Shown: positions 53,919-63,976, counted from the stretch's first letter. The stretch is 64,000 nucleotides of DNA from Pseudobdellovibrionaceae bacterium (GCA_039810425.1 JBDHWW010000012.1:1-64000), one strand, 5' to 3'. Program-made: numbers and translations. Notes: generated from the sequence alone by a model not told the origin.

Positions 53919-54665
53919 ATGCCTGACCAATCGATCTTGCGTAAACTACAAAGTTTTGATTATTTTCAGAAGCTTTCAACGCTCGATCTTGCCGCCATTG
54001 CCTCTCATACCGATTTGATTCATGTCAACCACGGCCGGACTTTGTTTAAAGAGGGGGCGGCGATTGAGGCCGTCTATCTTATTTTGTATGGATCTTTTAA
54101 AATTCAGCAAAAGGCCCGCAATGAAGATGCCGCGGTTTTCTATTTTTTGAGCCGTGGAGATTTTCTCGGAATCGCCATGGCCGGCCTCAGCCATCCATTT
54201 TATCCGGCTTCGGCCATCGCCAATGAAGAGAGCGCGGTTCTTAGACTGCCGTTAAAATTTTATAACGACATTTTTTTGCAGCACCCTTCGCTGAGAGAGG
54301 TCATCAATCGGCAGATTTCAGATCGCTTTTTTGAGTTTCAAAATGACCGCTGCATGACCAAGGCGCTGACACCGCAAAAACTGGCGGATCTTCTGCTGCG
54401 CACGTTGGACCGGCAGCCGAAAGAGCACGGCCATCGCATCCATATTCCTCTCACCCGCTATGATATGGCTCGGAAAATCGGCTCACAAGCCGAGACGGTC
54501 ATCCGCTTTATCAGCGAATGGACGAAGCGCGGCTGGATTCGCACGGAAAACAAACATATTGAAATTATCAACCGCGCCAAGCTCGAGGAGGTTCTCAATG
54601 AAAAATGTTCTCGCAGATCTTCGCGAACAACATCAATTTATTCTGCAGCGGCTCGAAGACCCTGA
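53919..54665 (+). CDS. Crp/Fnr-family regulator 2
   Basis: LFKEG...GSFKI, YPASAIA and HTH AETVIR. Confidence 0.88.
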   Translation: MPDQSILRKLQSFDYFQKLSTLDLAAIASHTDLIHVNHGRTLFKEGAAIEAVYLILYGSFKIQQKARNEDAAVFYFLSRGDFLGIAMAGLSHPFYPASAIANEESAVLRLPLKFYNDIFLQHPSLREVINRQISDRFFEFQNDRCMTKALTPQKLADLLLRTLDRQPKEHGHRIHIPLTRYDMARKIGSQAETVIRFISEWTKRGWIRTENKHIEIINRAKLEEVLNEKCSRRSSRTTSIYSAAARRP

Positions 54666-55113
54666 TGGCTTGGTTGAGCTGATCCGGTTTGTTGAGGAGG
54701 TCCATCATCCTCTGGAAGAAACCGCTCTCTTCCCACTGATCAGCCAGGCCCCTTGGATCTGCCGTGGCGGTCCTCGTTGCACATTACACATGGGGATCCG
54801 GCTGGAACAAGATCCGCTAGGTAGAATTGAAAGGCATCTCTTGGACTATTCGCGAAAATCTGGCTGGGTGCCGACACCATTTACAAACCCACCGTGGCTG
54901 ACGCCGCAAAATCCCCTGAGCGTGCCGATGGAAGAGCACGCAGTCAGTCATCGCCTGTCGGAGGCTCTGAAAGAGCTTTGCAAAGATCGTGAGAAACCCC
55001 TCGCGCGCGAATTCTTTCCGATCCTTTATAGCGACTTCTGTGAGTTGATGAAAATGCACATCGACAAAGAGGATCACTGCCTCTTTGTCATGTGCGAAAT
55101 GAATTTGAAATAG
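54598..55113 (+). CDS. Hemerythrin (HHE)-domain protein
   Basis: EQH, HHPLEE..LFP, EEH and HIDKED motifs; GAGGAGG SD before 54598. Confidence 0.82.
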   Translation: MKNVLADLREQHQFILQRLEDPDGLVELIRFVEEVHHPLEETALFPLISQAPWICRGGPRCTLHMGIRLEQDPLGRIERHLLDYSRKSGWVPTPFTNPPWLTPQNPLSVPMEEHAVSHRLSEALKELCKDREKPLAREFFPILYSDFCELMKMHIDKEDHCLFVMCEMNLK

Positions 55114-55120
55114 GCCGGTA

Positions 55121-55381
55121 CTAAGACCCGCAGAAGCCGCAACAGCCTTCTTTAGCTTTTTTGGTTAGGCGCAAACGCCAGGTTTTTGGGCCTTGCTCCA
55201 AATATTCAAAAGCGAACTGCTCCGGACGGACTTCCTGAAACTGCCTTAAAAGTGGAATGGGGTCGTGATTATTAACGATCACAAGACTGTCGCCACTTTC
55301 TAAATTATCAAAGCTTTGGAAAATAAAACTGTGCCGCTCCCGAGGTGGGATTGTTTGTGCTTCGATGACGAATTCTTTCAT
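55121..55381 (-). CDS. DUF2249-domain protein
   Basis: PPRERH..IF..FD.L, NHDPIPL and YLEQGP..W; C-terminal GCCGFC. Confidence 0.85.
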   Translation of the reverse strand: MKEFVIEAQTIPPRERHSFIFQSFDNLESGDSLVIVNNHDPIPLLRQFQEVRPEQFAFEYLEQGPKTWRLRLTKKAKEGCCGFCGS

Positions 55382-55437
55382 TTGAGACTCCTATGATACT
55401 TTTTAAAAAAGCATACAGGGCGCCCAATGCATCTTCC

Positions 55438-55451
55438 TTGATCAGAATCAA
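55438..55451. promoter_or_regulatory. FNR/DNR box
   Basis: Perfect TTGAT-CAGA-ATCAA upstream of the DUF2249 gene. Confidence 0.85.
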
Positions 55452-55508
55452 TTTCTTGAACTTTAGGCTCGAGGAGAGCCTTAGCCCTCCCCGATGCTCC
55501 GTAGAAAA

Positions 55509-55898
55509 CTAAGCCTTCTTATTCCAAGAAGCGCACCAACCGTTTCCAACAACCAATTTGCCGGCAAAAATAGTGCAAGTGCCGACTTCTTTACCATTGC
55601 GATCTTCTTTTTTCGTGTAAAAGCCGCATGTGGAGCACTTATTCCCTTTGGCATCAGCCGCTTTTGTATGGTCCTCAGCGTATTTCACGGCCTTTGCCAC
55701 GGAATCATTGGGATCAACCATTGGCATCGCACCGGCTGCCTGGCCGCCACTTTGTGCAGGACCCGCTTTGCGTCTTTTTTCTTCAGCCGCAGCTTTGGAA
55801 CCGAAAACAGTATTCAAAACAGCCGGTGCCACCAAGGTGACTCCCGCAAGTGAAGCGGCCGCTTTGAAAAACTCACGACGATTTAAACTTTTAGTCAT
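55509..55898 (-). CDS. High-potential iron-sulfur protein (HiPIP), Tat-exported
   Basis: NRREFFK Tat motif; CSTC...CTIF..K.V...GWCASW. Confidence 0.9.
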   Translation of the reverse strand: MTKSLNRREFFKAAASLAGVTLVAPAVLNTVFGSKAAAEEKRRKAGPAQSGGQAAGAMPMVDPNDSVAKAVKYAEDHTKAADAKGNKCSTCGFYTKKEDRNGKEVGTCTIFAGKLVVGNGWCASWNKKA

Positions 55899-55994
55899 TC
55901 TATAGCCTCCATTTAGTCTTTTCCCCTATCCTAGGACTTTTCATTTGGTTTTCAATTATAAATTGCACAAAACCTAACCGCGCTGCGCGCCAAC

Positions 55995-56031
55995 AGAAAT
56001 AAAAAAAGCCCCGCAGGGCCTTTTTATTTCT
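55995..56031. terminator. Rho-independent terminator after mltD
   Basis: AGAAATAAAAAAAGCCC-cgca-GGGCCTTTTTATTTCT. Confidence 0.75.
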
Positions 56032-56055
56032 ATATGCCACTTTTCATATGTGCAC

Positions 56056-57681
56056 TTATTCAGCAGCAACCGCCTGAGGGATAAAAATCTTTGCCCCCAC
56101 GTACAACTTTGAAGGGTTCAACTTTTTATTCGAATTCTGGATTGAAGCCAACGACACTTTGTATTTGCCTGCGATACTGGCGAGGTTATCGCCTTTTCTA
56201 ACAACGTGGTACTTGCTCTTCAAAGCCACGCGGTTTTTCGCAGTCGCCGGCATACGTTTGGCACCATCGTTTAAAGAGTTCTCGGTGTTGCCCGGAATCG
56301 ACAAACGGATACCGACTTTCAACATACGGCCACGGCGGATGTTATTCGCGCGCTTCAACTGATTAATGCTGACGGAGTACTTCTTCGCAATGGAAGACAA
56401 TGTATCACCAGACTGAACCGTATAGAAACGACTATTGCCCACGACCACGTTCTCCGGTGTCACAGAGGACGATGGCTTAGCCTCTGTCTTTTTTCTCGCA
56501 ACAACACTGCGCTTAGGAGCCACCGGAGTCCGGTCAGGGACATAGAGCTTCATGCCGATTTTCAAGCGCTTGCCCTTTGGAATGTCATTGAGGTCACGAA
56601 GATACGCCACGGTCGTCCGGTACTTACGAGCGACCGTGTGGAGAGTATCACCTCGGCGAATACGGTAAACTTCCGTGTCGCCTGCATCGGCAATAAATTC
56701 CGCTTTTTCCACGATACTCTCGTTCGCGGCCACCGTGGCTTGTTCCAACATTCCTGGCGGAATACGAAGCTCTAACTTATTGTCCGCCGCCAAAGGAGCG
56801 ATCTCGCCCTTGAACTTTGGATTCAAATCTTTGAAATCTTCGTAGTTGATCCCCATTTTTTCGGCCATCACACGAAGGTTCACTGGCTTATCCAACTTCG
56901 CATGGTCGAATTCGATGGGAGTCATGTAGTCGATTTCGCCGAAGCCATACTTATTAGGGTCTTTGGCAATCAACTTCGCGGCGATGAATTTGGGAATATA
57001 GTGAATCGTTTCTTTTGGGAAACGCTTTTTCTTTGCAAGCTCCCAGAAGTCACGCGTGTAGTGATTCATCACTTCACGTTTTACACGGTTTTCACCCACG
57101 TTGTACGAAGCCATGGCCAAGTACCAAGAGCCGAAAACGCTGTAGAGACCTTTAAAGTACTCCGCCGCTGCTTGAGTGGCCAAAACCGGGTCTTTACGTT
57201 CGTCCAACATCGTATTGATTTGCAAACCATAGCGTTTTCCAGTTCCGCGGATGAACTGCCAATAACCAACGGCTGCCGCGTGCGACCGCGCCTGGGTATT
57301 GAAACCAGATTCGATCAAGGCAATGTAGAAAAGATCTTCAGGCAGACCATTGTCTTTCAAAACTTTTTTCATGAGCTTTTCATAACGAGTAGAACGAGCC
57401 AAATAGCGTTCCATATGGCGGCGGCCACGGCCTTGGAAATATGAAATCCATTGTTCAACCAATGGGTTTACTTCCGTAGGAATTGATTCCAACTCTTGGT
57501 CGACAACTTGAGGCCCTTCAGCATCTTTCACGCGGAAAGAATCGAGGTCTTTCAACGGTGTGGCATCGCCGTCTTTTGTCGTCGCAGCTGTTGACCCGTT
57601 GGTCGCATCTGGCGCGGTCGGATTGTGAGCACAAGCGCTCAAGAACGCCAGGACCAAGGTCAGGGTAATATACTTCCGCAT
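56056..57681 (-). CDS. mltD: Membrane-bound lytic murein transglycosylase D with three LysM domains
   Basis: Lipobox LSAC, IESGF, GYWQF, ASYNVG and three LysM repeats. Confidence 0.92.
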   Translation of the reverse strand: MRKYITLTLVLAFLSACAHNPTAPDATNGSTAATTKDGDATPLKDLDSFRVKDAEGPQVVDQELESIPTEVNPLVEQWISYFQGRGRRHMERYLARSTRYEKLMKKVLKDNGLPEDLFYIALIESGFNTQARSHAAAVGYWQFIRGTGKRYGLQINTMLDERKDPVLATQAAAEYFKGLYSVFGSWYLAMASYNVGENRVKREVMNHYTRDFWELAKKKRFPKETIHYIPKFIAAKLIAKDPNKYGFGEIDYMTPIEFDHAKLDKPVNLRVMAEKMGINYEDFKDLNPKFKGEIAPLAADNKLELRIPPGMLEQATVAANESIVEKAEFIADAGDTEVYRIRRGDTLHTVARKYRTTVAYLRDLNDIPKGKRLKIGMKLYVPDRTPVAPKRSVVARKKTEAKPSSSVTPENVVVGNSRFYTVQSGDTLSSIAKKYSVSINQLKRANNIRRGRMLKVGIRLSIPGNTENSLNDGAKRMPATAKNRVALKSKYHVVRKGDNLASIAGKYKVSLASIQNSNKKLNPSKLYVGAKIFIPQAVAAE

Positions 57682-57737
57682 GAATCCTCCAAGTAATTTC
57701 CAGGCTACAAAAAGGACTCGGGATTATCAATAAAACA

Positions 57738-60002
57738 TCACTTGATAATTGCTTTTTTGCTATGCAAGTCCTGCCAAAGGACCAGATTCCAATCAACTTT
57801 CATGGAATCCAACAATTTATACAGCAACGTGTTTCGCAGAATGGCTTTGATATAAAAGCTTGTTTCGCTCCACGGAAGCTCGTCAAACCAGATTTCGTCC
57901 ATCGGATTTGAAGAGGGTGTTGTCATTAGATCCTTCACTTCATCGCGCGCTTCCGCGAATATTTTCATCTTCGTAGGTCCCGCGTTGTAGGCTCCCAGCG
58001 CGAAGGGCACGCTACCACCGAATTGATCCAGCATCATCGAAATGTAGGTCGTGCCGAGAGGAATATTGATCTCCGGGCGGAACACATCTTCAGGAATATC
58101 GATTTTTTTAATCCCCATCCGGCGCGCCACTTCTTGCGCTGTCGGTGGAATCAACTGCATGAGACCTTGCGCGTTGGACGTCGATTGCGCGCGGATCCCA
58201 AAAGCGCTCTCTTGACGAATGAGGCTGCGTACCAAAATCGGATTTAAGCTATATTTCTTAGCTTCAGCATCAATCCATGGCCCGAAGGCCTTCGGATAAA
58301 TGAATGATAAGGCCTCAGGACTGCGCAGAGAGTTTTCCAAGTCCATGGCGTCACTCATCCAGCGAATCGCTGCCGGAAACTGATTGCTTCGCGACATGAA
58401 TTTTGCGTAGTGATACTCAATCCATGGATTTTTTACGACGGGTAAAAGCTGGATTTCTGCCTGCGCCTCCAGCAGCCAGCCGGCCTTCGTGAGCCCCTTA
58501 AAACGGCTCCAGGCATTTTTCTGTTCTCCTGAAATCCACATCTCGTCCATGTTCGCAGGGATCGTGGTGCCCGCGTTGGGCCACACGTACTCACCTTTGT
58601 TTCCTTCCGCGGTCAAACGGAGGCCGTAGTAGGAAAATGGATACCGCGCCACCAAAGCTTTTGCTTCGGTTGCCGCACGTTCCTTTTCTTTATCAATACT
58701 TTCTAAGCTGCGAACGAGCCAGTAACGGGCTTGCAAATCATAGCGGTCTTTTTTCTGGGCCAACAGTTTTTCAAATTGGGATTTCGCCGTGCTGAAATTT
58801 TTCAAACGAAGACTGATAAGCCCTGAACGCAGCATGGCCTCCGCCGATTCATCCGTGCCGGCATGAAATTCAATCAACTTTGAAAAATGCATTTGTGCCC
58901 GTTCATACTGCCCGACCATGTGGGCGGAACGGCCCGCGATCCAGTACAACACGGTCGCCTGCTGGCTGTGATGAAGGTCTTTCAATGCACTTTCGGCAAA
59001 GATCAGGGCTTGGTCATAGTCCGCGCGCCGATGCAGGGTTTGCGCCCACTCCGCACGCCGAAGTGGATCGATTTTTTCAAGCTCGGCAAAACCCTTTTCA
59101 TCTTTTTCATCACTCGGACTGCCTTCAAAAACCTGCTGATAGATTTCAAACGGCTTATCACGCAGGCCTCGAGCCACTTTACTGCCCGCATACTCCGTTT
59201 GAATTATAACGGACGTTTTTAACGCCCCCATCAAGTCGCCGGCTTTAAGGCTTTTACTCATTTTCTCTTCGAGCGCCGCCTCAGCGCCTTCATTTTCGAG
59301 CACGCCCTCGATTTGCGGTGACGTTGTATTGAATTTCAAAGACAGCGCGTTTTTCACCGCTTCAAAGCGATCGCGCGTCGGCTTACTTTCACGAAGCTGC
59401 AAGCTTTGCTCATAGTAAAACAGAGCCTTGCGGTTGTCTTTTTTCTTTTCAGCAAACTCCCCAGCGTAGAAAAGCAAAGCCGCACGCGCCTCTTTGGGGA
59501 TTTGCTCGGTGTAGTCTAAAAGCTCATTCACGCGCGCCGGTGTGCGGTTGACTTCTAGCAAAGTCATTGAGGCCGCAATATAGTCCTGCCACAAAGCCAC
59601 ACGCCAGGGGCCGCTCCTCACGAGCTCTTTGTGTTTGTGAACCCACTCTACGGGCTTCGCGAGTGATTTCTTATCTTTCGCGCCCTCGCTGTTCTTGATT
59701 TCACAGCGGATCCAACTGCTCGCGATCCAGCCTTGGAGATCTTTATCGCCACTGATGACTTTCGTCCCCAAAGCGCCACATTCTTTCCAGCGTTTTTTGA
59801 TTTCAAAAAATTTCATGCGTGAAAGAACAGGCAAACTGGATTCTTTCACCTTGGGGTCCACGTCATACAGATTCATCGCCGAGAGCTTCGACAGCTCTTT
59901 TGTTAAATTCACTTTCTGCGCTTCTCGACCGGTCGCAAGGACCATTTGGGACCAAAAGACGACACCCACTACCAAACTAAATTTTAATTCACAAAAAGCC
60001 AT
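57738..60002 (-). CDS. slt: Soluble lytic transglycosylase with TPR repeats
   Basis: RQESAF, GLMQL, AYNAGP and ET.FY motifs; helical TPR-like N-terminus. Confidence 0.9.
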   Translation of the reverse strand: MAFCELKFSLVVGVVFWSQMVLATGREAQKVNLTKELSKLSAMNLYDVDPKVKESSLPVLSRMKFFEIKKRWKECGALGTKVISGDKDLQGWIASSWIRCEIKNSEGAKDKKSLAKPVEWVHKHKELVRSGPWRVALWQDYIAASMTLLEVNRTPARVNELLDYTEQIPKEARAALLFYAGEFAEKKKDNRKALFYYEQSLQLRESKPTRDRFEAVKNALSLKFNTTSPQIEGVLENEGAEAALEEKMSKSLKAGDLMGALKTSVIIQTEYAGSKVARGLRDKPFEIYQQVFEGSPSDEKDEKGFAELEKIDPLRRAEWAQTLHRRADYDQALIFAESALKDLHHSQQATVLYWIAGRSAHMVGQYERAQMHFSKLIEFHAGTDESAEAMLRSGLISLRLKNFSTAKSQFEKLLAQKKDRYDLQARYWLVRSLESIDKEKERAATEAKALVARYPFSYYGLRLTAEGNKGEYVWPNAGTTIPANMDEMWISGEQKNAWSRFKGLTKAGWLLEAQAEIQLLPVVKNPWIEYHYAKFMSRSNQFPAAIRWMSDAMDLENSLRSPEALSFIYPKAFGPWIDAEAKKYSLNPILVRSLIRQESAFGIRAQSTSNAQGLMQLIPPTAQEVARRMGIKKIDIPEDVFRPEINIPLGTTYISMMLDQFGGSVPFALGAYNAGPTKMKIFAEARDEVKDLMTTPSSNPMDEIWFDELPWSETSFYIKAILRNTLLYKLLDSMKVDWNLVLWQDLHSKKAIIK

Positions 60003-60008
60003 ACCCGC

Positions 60009-61691
60009 CTACTTCTGTTCAAAAGTGTACAGTTCATGATCCAAAGCTTCGCCCACTTTTAACAGATTATCAGGCGGAAAAGGCAGCTTTTCTCGACGCT
60101 TTTCCAGGGGCCCGCTGTAAACCCACTTCACCTGGTCTTTCGGCAGGCTGTCAACGGCTTCCGATTCTCCGTCATAAACGCGGTTCACCAAGGATTCTCG
60201 CGCCGTATAGTTGTAACCGTGCGACCAAACGTGCCCCGGGTAACCCAGGAATAATTTGTGTCCCAGAAGCATCACAGGATGATCGTAGGCCGGCGTTATC
60301 ATCACCGCTTCATTTACATCGCGGTCCTTCAAAAGGACACCGGCCTTGTTGACCTCGCGCTCTGATCCCCATTGAATGCCGCGAGAATAAATCGGTAGCG
60401 AGCGCATGAACACGATGAAGCCCGGAATTAAGCAGAAACAAACCAGCGCTTTAAACCAGCGCTGGCGTTCGTACCACAGAAAGTCCGTGAGTCCCATAAG
60501 CGCAAAAATATAACACCACACCAGAAGCTTGATGTTGTCCCAGTTCCACGGCGCCAGAATCAGATGCGAAAAAAGCATGAATAACACAAAAGACATCGCC
60601 GTCGGCACAAAAAGATTCCATTTCTTTTGACGCGCAAAAGCCACCAGTGCCGCGACCACCGCCACGATCCAGAAACCTAAGTTAAGGCTCCAGTAGGTGA
60701 AATAGTTCACTTCTGCCGGGCGGTTCCAACCGCGCCAGTTCCAGTGGATCAGGGAGTTCATGCCAACCTCTGGAATCAGGGCGTTCATCACAAACGGCAG
60801 GCCCAAAAGGCCGGCAATCACGGCCGGCAAAATCCAGACACGCAACGCACGCCGCGATAAGATCCAAAGGCCTAAGAACAAACTGACAAAGAAGAAAGTG
60901 TGCAGATGGAAAAAGCCAAGAGCCCCCCAGATAATACCGATGATGATTTTCTCGGCTAACGACGGCGCCCATTCTCCGGCAAACGACTTTTGAGCCGCGC
61001 GATAAAGTAAAACGCCCGCAGGCATTGCATACAAAAACCCACGCTGGGTCAGAAGGATCGTCAAAAAGATATTCTTAAAATCCAGCGGCTGTTGCAGCTG
61101 AAAATAGTCCGTGCTGGGGATTCCGCCGATAAAGTTGAAGTAGCCGCAGCTAAAGAACACGGCAAAAACCACCAACGGACCACCCGCGCCGTGCAAAGTA
61201 AAAAACACCACAAGCAGCGCCAGCAAAGTCACCAGCGGCAAGTGTCTCATGATATCAAAGCCGAGATTTTCCAAGAACGAATTAAAGAAATCCATTCCAA
61301 ACGGATAGCGGAAGCGATAGCCGCCATAAATCGGATTCTCTGGCCAAAAGTGCAAGCCTTTAGCGATCGAACGGATCGCGCTCCAGTGGAATGACATATC
61401 ACCGAGATTAAAATTATTCTGAATCCAATAGTTGCCGTCTTTAAAATACACGAGAAAAATGGAGTGGAAATAAATCCCAACAATAATCAGCGCATAAAGA
61501 AAAAATACCGGCAGACTGACCGGCGGAACCCGCAAACGCAGTTTCCAGCGTCGCGAAAGGCAAAGCGCGATGGCCGCGCCGCCCACAAGACTCACAGCAC
61601 TCACGGCCGGCACTAGGTGACCAACAAGCAAAGCCCCCAAACCGCCGATAAATGCACTCAGAGATAGAAATAGCAACGAGAAGACTATCAT
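60009..61691 (-). CDS. Polytopic membrane protein, probable GT-C glycosyltransferase
   Basis: GDMSFH...PENPIYGG..FRYPF loop; more than 10 TM segments; ATGA overlap with the upstream gene. Confidence 0.65.
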   Translation of the reverse strand: MIVFSLLFLSLSAFIGGLGALLVGHLVPAVSAVSLVGGAAIALCLSRRWKLRLRVPPVSLPVFFLYALIIVGIYFHSIFLVYFKDGNYWIQNNFNLGDMSFHWSAIRSIAKGLHFWPENPIYGGYRFRYPFGMDFFNSFLENLGFDIMRHLPLVTLLALLVVFFTLHGAGGPLVVFAVFFSCGYFNFIGGIPSTDYFQLQQPLDFKNIFLTILLTQRGFLYAMPAGVLLYRAAQKSFAGEWAPSLAEKIIIGIIWGALGFFHLHTFFFVSLFLGLWILSRRALRVWILPAVIAGLLGLPFVMNALIPEVGMNSLIHWNWRGWNRPAEVNYFTYWSLNLGFWIVAVVAALVAFARQKKWNLFVPTAMSFVLFMLFSHLILAPWNWDNIKLLVWCYIFALMGLTDFLWYERQRWFKALVCFCLIPGFIVFMRSLPIYSRGIQWGSEREVNKAGVLLKDRDVNEAVMITPAYDHPVMLLGHKLFLGYPGHVWSHGYNYTARESLVNRVYDGESEAVDSLPKDQVKWVYSGPLEKRREKLPFPPDNLLKVGEALDHELYTFEQK

Positions 61692-63229
61692 AGAGGAGCT
61701 CCCAGGTCCTTGAGCTCCCACGAGAATCGGTTTTGGAATAAATCACGTTTCACATAAACATAAATCGGCGCATGGCTTTGGCGTACGTCCAATGTGAACA
61801 CCCCATACTCGCCGGCTTTACCGGTTTCTTTGAGTTTATCTTCGACGATCTTTTGGTCTTTTGTTTCCACCATGTAGATCAACGCGCCGTCTTCAATTTT
61901 CTGACCCGCTTTGAAGTAGCTCAGATTATAAAACTTCGCAAACACGATTGGAACCGGCCAGGACTCCTCGGTGCCAACCTGCACGGTCTGTTCACGCAAG
62001 AGCGGTTGCTCCCGCACCAATTCCTGTGTTCTCGCGATGAACTCTTTCATCTGATACGTCGAATTGACGTAGACATATGGATGGGTCATATCAATCGGAT
62101 TATTATAGACGATCTGATACTGAATCTTTGCTTCCCATGCACACATCCCGAAAACGACGATGCCGACCAGCGCGCGCCGCCCACCCGACCAACATGCCGT
62201 GAGGTCCTCAATCACCAGACCGCTGACAATCGCAAATGGCCAAATGATTGAGATAATGCACCAAGGGGTTTTGTAGGGAATCGCCGAGTAGATTAGCCAC
62301 AAGAAAAACGTCATGACCAGATAAAAGCGGATCCATTTATTTTTAAAAACAAAGGGAATGGCCACTATGAAACCCACCAGGACCGCGAACTCGTTCACCC
62401 CCATCAGCTTTGTCCAATGCAGGAATTCTTTTTCGTGACCGCTGCCGCCGACACCGGTTTTTAACCAGGGCATCAACGCGACAAAGAAATCACGCAAACC
62501 TTTTGGATTGCCACCGAAGCCCGAATAGACGCCGATAAACAGCAGCAACATCGCAAACAGTGGTATATATACTTCACGTTTTTTGAAATTCAATTTTAAA
62601 TCCGCCCACCACACCGAGTACTTCAGCGCCTTGCGCTCCGTGACCATCACCACCAGCAATGCCGGCAGCAGCGCCAGAAATAAAACGATGAAAGTTTCTT
62701 TTAAGGCCATCATGCCAAAAAGGCTTCCACCGAAAGTCCACCAGAATTTTCTAAAATCCTTTCCCACCAGGTAGTGAAACGACATAAAACCCAAGACTTG
62801 GAAAAACACAAAAGAAGACTCGTGAATCCCCGAGCGTCCGTAAAAAGACATCGCAGGGCTCGCGAGCAACAGCAAACTGGCCCAGCGGAAAGCCACGCGG
62901 TGTTTCAGCGGCCCCATCCACAGCATAAAAATCGTCAAAAAAGAAAATATCGAAGCGACAATACGCGTGCTGAGGAAATCAAAACCGGTAAAAAATTGCA
63001 CAAAGTGAACCATGTAAAACATCAACGGACCGTGATAGTTGGTTGGATCGTAAGTGAAATACCCGTCCTGCCAAATTCTTTGCACGAACCACATGTTGAT
63101 GCTCTCGTCGAAATGAATGGGCTTGTTATCCAGAAGAGCAAAACGCAAGATCGCCGCAAACAGCAAAAAGATGATACTAAAAATGCACGTCCGTGGTTTT
63201 TCTTTGAATTTTGCCATAATGTTTGTCAT
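61688..63229 (-). CDS. GT-C/PMT-like glycosyltransferase (TIGR03663/Agl23-like)
   Basis: HFDES...YDPTNYHGP, ALKET and YKTPW motifs; multiple TM segments. Confidence 0.8.
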   Translation of the reverse strand: MTNIMAKFKEKPRTCIFSIIFLLFAAILRFALLDNKPIHFDESINMWFVQRIWQDGYFTYDPTNYHGPLMFYMVHFVQFFTGFDFLSTRIVASIFSFLTIFMLWMGPLKHRVAFRWASLLLLASPAMSFYGRSGIHESSFVFFQVLGFMSFHYLVGKDFRKFWWTFGGSLFGMMALKETFIVLFLALLPALLVVMVTERKALKYSVWWADLKLNFKKREVYIPLFAMLLLFIGVYSGFGGNPKGLRDFFVALMPWLKTGVGGSGHEKEFLHWTKLMGVNEFAVLVGFIVAIPFVFKNKWIRFYLVMTFFLWLIYSAIPYKTPWCIISIIWPFAIVSGLVIEDLTACWSGGRRALVGIVVFGMCAWEAKIQYQIVYNNPIDMTHPYVYVNSTYQMKEFIARTQELVREQPLLREQTVQVGTEESWPVPIVFAKFYNLSYFKAGQKIEDGALIYMVETKDQKIVEDKLKETGKAGEYGVFTLDVRQSHAPIYVYVKRDLFQNRFSWELKDLGAPL

Positions 63230-63271
63230 GAAATTATTCTAAGTTTTGCCAGTTAGAAGGAAAAGTGAAAA

Positions 63272-63976
63272 ATGATTCCACGCCCACAACTCTCTCTCTG
63301 CATTCCGGTCACAAGCGACACGGAACTGATTCAAGAGTTTGTGGAAAACGTCAGTCAATTCTTTCAAAAGTTCCCCTTGCCGTATGAAATTCTTTTCGCT
63401 GTGAATCCGCATCAGGATCAAAGTCTGTCTTTACTTCAATACTTAGCCGAACGAAATCCCCATTACCGTATCGTGGAGAACAAATCCAAGCGCAGCCGCG
63501 CTCAAAATATATGCAATTTATTCTCCCAGGCGTATGGTGATGTGCTGATCGCGACGGACCTTGGTCTGGCAGCTCCGCTCAGTGAAGTGTTCAAGATGCT
63601 CGAAGTTTTCTATTCCGATAAGGAAACAGAGGTGGTCTTCGGCAACCGTTTCAAATCGAAGAAGAATCTGGAAACACTTGTCGCCGAAACAGACCCGATG
63701 GAGGACTTCTTTCGTGATGTTTTGAAGGATAAAACTCGCTGGCCGTTTGCGGACCCCTTCTGCCCGATCGCGGGCGTTCGCCGCACAAGCCTTGAAAAGA
63801 TCAAAAACGATTTGAAACCCCGCGGCTGGCACTGCACGCAAGAACTTCAACGTGCCGCCCTCACGCGACAGTTGAAATACCAGGAAATTCCTATTTACCT
63901 TGGTTCCCGAAAGGGAACCAAGCCCCCGAAATCGGAGCCTTTGTATTTACTCAACTTCATTTTGTTCCGGATTTGA
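63272..63976 (+). CDS. GT2 polyprenol-phosphate glycosyltransferase-like protein (degenerate)
   Basis: LSLCIP, YEILF, GDVL..D, VVFGNR and EIPI; DxD motif absent. Confidence 0.7.
   Translation: MIPRPQLSLCIPVTSDTELIQEFVENVSQFFQKFPLPYEILFAVNPHQDQSLSLLQYLAERNPHYRIVENKSKRSRAQNICNLFSQAYGDVLIATDLGLAAPLSEVFKMLEVFYSDKETEVVFGNRFKSKKNLETLVAETDPMEDFFRDVLKDKTRWPFADPFCPIAGVRRTSLEKIKNDLKPRGWHCTQELQRAALTRQLKYQEIPIYLGSRKGTKPPKSEPLYLLNFILFRI

Noticed and set aside
54460..54597. N-terminal extension of the hemerythrin ORF, or a possible frameshift fusion with Crp/Fnr
   Set aside because: A strong SD precedes ATG 54598, and no slippery site was seen
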